From an uncultured Chloroflexia bacterium (GTDB lineage: Bacteria > Chloroflexota > UBA6077 > JACCZL01): a stretch of 64,000 bases of DNA. The stretch spans positions 288,001-352,000 of the forward strand of contig CAVXYC010000023.1 of NCBI GenBank assembly GCA_963765765.1, in the 5' to 3' direction. Positions 59,367 to 64,000 of this stretch are shown here, piece by piece. The translations under genes and the position numbers were made by a program. The stretch's first letter is position 1, and each line of letters starts with the position of its first letter. Below the pieces are notes generated by a model. It had not been told where the DNA came from. It did no database searches and saw nothing but the letters and a program-made list of their open reading frames with translations.

Positions 59367-61027
59367 CTAACTGTCCGAGCTGAGGGGTAGCTCCACGGTA
59401 ACAGTAGTGCCCCGCCCCACCTCACTATCGATTTCGGTGGAGCCGCCATGTTGAAGCACGATCTGCCGGACGCCCGCCAGGCCCAGTCCAGTTCCCTTAA
59501 TGCCGCCCACATTTCTTCCACGGCTATAGCGGTCGAAAATCTTGGGGAGGTCGTCCGGGGGGATGCCCACACCATGATCTGTCACTTGAATGCGGACCCA
59601 GGGCTCCTCGGAGCGATTCAACCGTGGTGAGCCTCAGAAGAATCTCCCCGCCGTCGGGACTGTATTTGATCGCGTTGCTGAGAAGATTGTCCAGCACTCG
59701 ACGCAGGCGAGGCCCATCGACGGTCCCGACGAGCTCTTCGTCAACTTCCACACGAATGGGGTGTGACTCGCTGCGCTCCTCATTGTCCGCCGCGGCGTCA
59801 CGGGCCAGCGCCGCGAGGTCCGTCGGTTCCAGGCGCATAGCCAGCTCGCGGTTGATGGCCAGGTACGCCAGGTCAACCAGGTCATCCAGGATTTGAACCA
59901 TCTGCCGAGTGGAGCCCTCAATTCGGTTAAGTCCGTCGAGCAACCGAGTTGTGTCTGGTCCGTCCAGTCGCGATGCGACTCGCTGAAGCATCTGCGCGTG
60001 ACCTCGGATGGCGGTAATAGGCGACTTCAGATCGTGAGAGACCGTTGCAACGAAGTCGTCCTTCTGCTGTTCCACCTGACTGATCTCAGTAATGTCCTGG
60101 AATGTGGCTACTGCTCCATCAACGGTGTCGTCCGCGCCACGGAGCTGAGCGCTACTGATCAGGATCGGAACATCCTCCCCGCTATCGGCCTTGCGAATCA
60201 GGATGCGCTCGCCGCGCACGGTCTCCCCGTTCAGGAGCGAGCGCGCAATCGGCATCTTGTCCAACGGGATCGGCGCACCATCCATCTCGCGCGGCATGAA
60301 CGATCCAATGACAGCGCCCATCGAGTCTTCGTTGGTGACGTCCACCCCAAGGATCTCCGCGCCGGCTGAATTGCAGAGAAGGAAACGCTGGTCCGCCCCG
60401 GCGAGGAGAACTCCCTCGGGCAGCACGTCCAGGATCTGGCGCAGACGAATCCGTTGGAGGAGCGTTTCACGATCGTCTGAGCTGTCGGGATCGCTGCTTC
60501 GCCTGCTGCTGACGCAAGGTGATCTCGGTCATGACCATGGACGCCAGGTCCTGGAGAATGTCGATTTCAGCGTCACTCCACGCTCGTGGGACACTGTCGA
60601 TCGCGGCAAGCGCTCCGATGACCTCTCCGCTGCTTAACTCCAGCGGGACTCCCAGGTAGGCCATTGCGCCAAGCTCATCCACGGCTCCGTTGTGAATGAC
60701 GGTCGATTCGAGCGAGGCATCGGGTACGACGAAGGGCTCTCTACGGTCTACAACGTACTGGCCCAGTGAATGGGAGAGCGGCACCTGACGTTGGGTACAC
60801 CAGGGATCGGGAAGTCCGACGCAGCTCTTGAAGAACTCACGATCCTTGTCCAGGAGAGAGATCAGCGCAACCGGTGCGTTCAGGACACGTGTGACCAGCC
60901 GAGTGATTCGGTCGAAGGCAAGCTCGGGTGGCGAGTCGAGCAGACCGGTCGTATGAAGGGCCGCCAGGCGGTCGCCATTCGCCAGACGGTCGCCATTGCT
61001 GATGTCAGGGAGCTGTGTCACAGCCAT
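59367..61027 (-). CDS. GAF-PAS sensor histidine kinase (two frameshifts)
   Basis: RLAALHTTGLLDSPPELAFDR GAF; PAS; SHDLKSP, NLLSNAIKYS, DHGVGI, GTGLGLA across three ORFs. Confidence 0.9.
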
Positions 61028-61087
61028 GAAGCCCGCCTTCTCATGTCGAGAGTCGTCCGCAAGCCCTTGCAAAGGGCAAAGCCAGGG

Positions 61088-61102
61088 GCAAGAAACATGC
61101 CG
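61088..61102 (-). promoter_or_regulatory. sigma54 promoter for the GAF-PAS kinase
   Basis: Minus strand CGGCATG-TTTC-TTGC, 60 bp upstream of ATG 61027. Confidence 0.6.
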
Positions 61103-61188
61103 ACGCGACGTCGCGTCGGCATCGCCATGCGTTGACACTTCCGTAAACTGAATCGTACGCTGACCTCATTCTCCCGAAGGAAACAACC

Positions 61189-62394
61189 ATGCTCACCAGA
61201 GAAGCAAATGAACGCCTGACACGCATCGGCCCGGGTACGCCTATGGGCAACGTCATGCGCCGATACTGGTTCCCGATTGCCACGACGGCGGAGCTGAATA
61301 AGGAACCGGTTCTCGGGGTGAAGCTTCTTGGCGAGAGTCTGGCGCTATATCGATCGCCGGTTGGTGAGCTGGGCCTCGTGGCGGAGCGTTGCCCACACCG
61401 CGGCGCCAGCATGGTCTACGGCATCCCTGAGGATGGCGGTCTCCGATGCCCGTACCACGGCTGGAAGTTCTCCGAGGAGGGCGCGTGTCTGGAGCAACCC
61501 GCGGAGCCGGCCGAGAGCACGTTTAAACACCGGGTGCGCATTCCCGCGTATCCGGTTCAGGAGCTGGCTGGGATGATCTGGGCGTACCTTGGCCCGGCGC
61601 CGGCGCCACTACTCCCCCGCTGGGACATCCTGGTGCGGCCGGACCTCAATCGAGAGATTGGAATCACCCAGCTTCCGATCAACTGGCTGCAGGCGGCTGA
61701 GAACTCCATGGACCCGGTACATCTCGAGTACCTGCATGGCATGTACATGAACTACGTGCTGAAGAAACAGGGCAAGCAGCCCCAGGCATCTGTGCGCCAC
61801 CACGAGAAGATCGGGTTCGAGGTGTTCGAGTACGGCATCTACAAGCGCCGCTTGCTGACCGGCCAGACGGAGGACGTTGACGATTGGCGTGTCGGACATC
61901 CGCTGCTCTTCCCCGCCACGCTCTCATTGGGTACTCCGGATCGACCGCGGCTCGAGTTCCGTATCCCGCGCGACGATGAGCACACCATGGTCTACTCGCT
62001 GTTCACCCGCGCAGTCGGTCCGGATGAGACCGTGCGCCAGGAAGTTCCCGTCTACGAAGTGCCGTACGCGCATGAGGATGGCCGCCTGGTGGTGGAGACC
62101 GTGCTAGGTCAGGACATGATGACGTGGGTCACGCAAGGTTCGATCTCCGATCGCACCACCGAGCGACTGGGCTCATCCGATAAGGGAATCATTCTCTATC
62201 GCAGTGTCATGATGGAGCAGATCGAGAGAGTCGAACGTGGCGAAGATCCTCTCGGCGTCATTCGCGACCCGGCCCAGAACGAGGGTCTTTCAATCGGCCG
62301 AGAAGCGGGCGCCCACTACCAAACCGGCCGCTTCATGCCCGCCACCGACTACGAGGAAGCCCTGAATGTGGTGAGGTTGAAGCGGGAGATGTGA
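61189..62394 (+). CDS. Rieske non-heme iron oxygenase alpha subunit (paralogue of 52666..53944)
   Basis: LTRIGPGTPMG, CPHR..CPYHGW, ENSMDPVHLEYLH, GQD. Confidence 0.93.
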   Translation: MLTREANERLTRIGPGTPMGNVMRRYWFPIATTAELNKEPVLGVKLLGESLALYRSPVGELGLVAERCPHRGASMVYGIPEDGGLRCPYHGWKFSEEGACLEQPAEPAESTFKHRVRIPAYPVQELAGMIWAYLGPAPAPLLPRWDILVRPDLNREIGITQLPINWLQAAENSMDPVHLEYLHGMYMNYVLKKQGKQPQASVRHHEKIGFEVFEYGIYKRRLLTGQTEDVDDWRVGHPLLFPATLSLGTPDRPRLEFRIPRDDEHTMVYSLFTRAVGPDETVRQEVPVYEVPYAHEDGRLVVETVLGQDMMTWVTQGSISDRTTERLGSSDKGIILYRSVMMEQIERVERGEDPLGVIRDPAQNEGLSIGREAGAHYQTGRFMPATDYEEALNVVRLKREM

Positions 62395-62422
62395 GAGACT
62401 GGAGTGTCCGCCGTGGCACTCA

Positions 62423-62945
62423 TCGGTGGCGCGGGTCTCTGTACCCGCCAGTGCGCAGATGACTGAAGTTCGAATCTATAGGCGCCGGTCTTCCGCACTG
62501 GCGGATGGACGGCGCCATCTACTTCGTAACCTGGCGTCTCGCTCAATCGCAGCCGCGACTCGATGAAGAGGAGCGCACAATTATTGCCAACGCGCTGCGC
62601 TTCTTTGACGGTCAGCGGTATCTGCTCTACTCGTTTGTGGTTATGGACGATCACGTCCACGCAATCGTCCAGCCTCAGACTAGTTACAGGCTCGAGCAGC
62701 TCCTGAAGAGTTGGAAGGGCTTCACAGCGACAAGCCTGCTTAAAGCAACGGGCCGAACGATGCCACTGTGGCAGACCGAATACTATGACCGGATCATTCG
62801 GGATGCTCGCGAGCTCGATGAAAAGGTTCAATATGTGCTCGACAACCCGTTCCGTCGGTGGGGTAAAGCCGACTCGTACGAGTGGTGTGGCTTAGGTCAG
62901 GGATCAAGCAGTGATACTGGCGGGTACAGAGACCCGCGCCACCGA
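62423..62945. mobile_element. RAYT locus bounded by 30-bp inverted REPs
   Basis: tcggtggcgcgggtctctgtacccgccagt (62423-62452) and its exact reverse complement (62916-62945) flank the transposase. Confidence 0.85.
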
Positions 62946-62954
62946 GGGGACTGA
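62459..62954 (+). CDS. REP-associated tyrosine transposase (Y1/HUH, IS200-like); frameshift in first codons
   Basis: YRRR/LPHW..GAIYFVTW, VMDDHVH (HUH), WKGFTA, WQTEYYDRIIRD, YVLDNP. Confidence 0.9.
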
Positions 62955-62967
62955 TCTCACCTACTAG

Positions 62968-63441
62968 TTACCCTCGTAAATCTGCTGAGCCAGATACCGC
63001 TCGAGGCCGATTTGCCTGATGGTCTCGAGCTGGGTTTCGAGCCAGTCCACGTGCTCTTCCTCGTCTCGAATGTCGCTTTCGAGAATGCCGCGGGTGGTGT
63101 AGTCGCCGACATCGGCGCAGTGGCGAATACCGGTCTGCGAGGGCGGCGAGCTGTTCTTTCTCGAGCTCCAGGGTGATCTGCAGATGCTCCAGGACGTTCT
63201 CTCCGACGCGTACGCGGCCCAACCTTTGAAGATTTGGCACGCCTTCCAGGTACAAGATGTGGTTGATCATCTTGTCCGCGTCCTGCATCTCTCCGATACT
63301 CAGCTCACGGAGCTTTTGGGCGAGACGCTCGTATCCCCAGTGCGAGCACATCCGCGATTGGATGAAATATTGATTGATCGCCGTGAGCTCGTTCGTGAGG
63401 ATCGTGTTGAGGTGCTCGATCACTCCCGGCTTAGCTTGCAT
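62968..63441 (-). CDS. bfr: Bacterioferritin (frameshift near 63130)
   Basis: LTNELTAINQYF, WGYERLA, SIGEM, ILYLEGVPNLQ; EEEHVDWLETQL in the second frame. Confidence 0.93.
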   Translation of the reverse strand: MQAKPGVIEHLNTILTNELTAINQYFIQSRMCSHWGYERLAQKLRELSIGEMQDADKMINHILYLEGVPNLQRLGRVRVGENVLEHLQITLELEKEQLAALADRYSPLRRCRRLHHPRHSRKRHSRRGRARGLARNPARDHQANRPRAVSGSADLRG

Positions 63442-63443
63442 TG

Positions 63444-63671
63444 TTACGTCCCGATGGCCGCATCGCCAGCCGCGCATAGGTTGACCGCTCCAGCATACGC
63501 TAGAGTGGGATCGCGAGGCGCGGTGGCGCACAACTCTCGCGCACATCGACCACAGCAGCCACGATCTCGTAGTCCGAGGGCGTTGATGAGCGCCGTGGGC
63601 GATTCGCTAATTGTTTGTCGAGCCTGTTCGAGATCAGATTCGGTGATGCCGCGACACAAACAGAAGTACAC
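63444..63671 (-). CDS. bfd: Bacterioferritin-associated [2Fe-2S] ferredoxin
   Basis: YFCLCRGIT...CCGRC immediately upstream of bfr. Confidence 0.85.
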   Translation of the reverse strand: MYFCLCRGITESDLEQARQTISESPTALINALGLRDRGCCGRCARELCATAPRDPTLAYAGAVNLCAAGDAAIGT

Positions 63672-64000
63672 GGCTACCCGACCAGGTGGCGAGTCGTGAC
63701 GACGGCGGCGATGCCCGCGACAGCCATCACCGCTCCGGTGAGCACCCGATACCAGTTGGGGACCGCCCCTCGGTATTGATTAAAGGTCCAGGAGCCAGCA
63801 GTCTTCGCGCTCACTCAAGTCTCCAGCGACTAATGGTGATCGTCAGTATATGCTAACTCTCAGCCATTGCACAATACCTCATTTAACGATGCGCCCATTG
63901 ACTCCGGGCGTGTGCGTCTCGCAAGGTGACGCGGGCGGGCGATACGTTTCTGTGATCCCCACCTCGGGACATCGCTTGAGAATGCGTCACGCACGTTGCG

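Noticed and set aside
63680-64000. Fur/DtxR iron box upstream of bfd-bfr
   Set aside because: AT-rich patch at ~63845-63890 but no convincing palindrome

Overview
High-GC bacterial chromosomal segment, most likely Chloroflexota. The evidence is the dnaA-obgE-nadD gene order, a GAAC-N4-GTTC LexA box, an F420-dependent LLM enzyme, and many Rieske/NIPSNAP/amidohydrolase paralogues. The window contains the probable replication origin (DnaA boxes plus a TAG-trio tract between dnaA and obgE) and pdxST. It also holds a general-stress island (about 18.5-27.3 kb) with repeated sigma54-type -24/-12 promoters, many aromatic/organic-acid catabolic genes, a small defence/TA island (SauUSI-like PLD-helicase-DUF3427 plus vapBC), a RAYT transposase, several intergenic REP/REPIN families and bfd-bfr. 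About 15 genes are split by single-base frameshifts, which look like long-read assembly errors rather than true pseudogenes. Top candidate for an undescribed system: a three-gene operon (9.0-12.1 kb) behind a near-consensus sigma70 promoter with an adjacent LexA box. It encodes a stand-alone PolX N-terminal HhH protein, an XPB/Rad25-like helicase and a divergent DUF790 (Bax1-like) protein, i.e. a putative SOS-inducible bacterial XPB-Bax1 repair module. All family calls come from motif recognition by eye; no searches were run.
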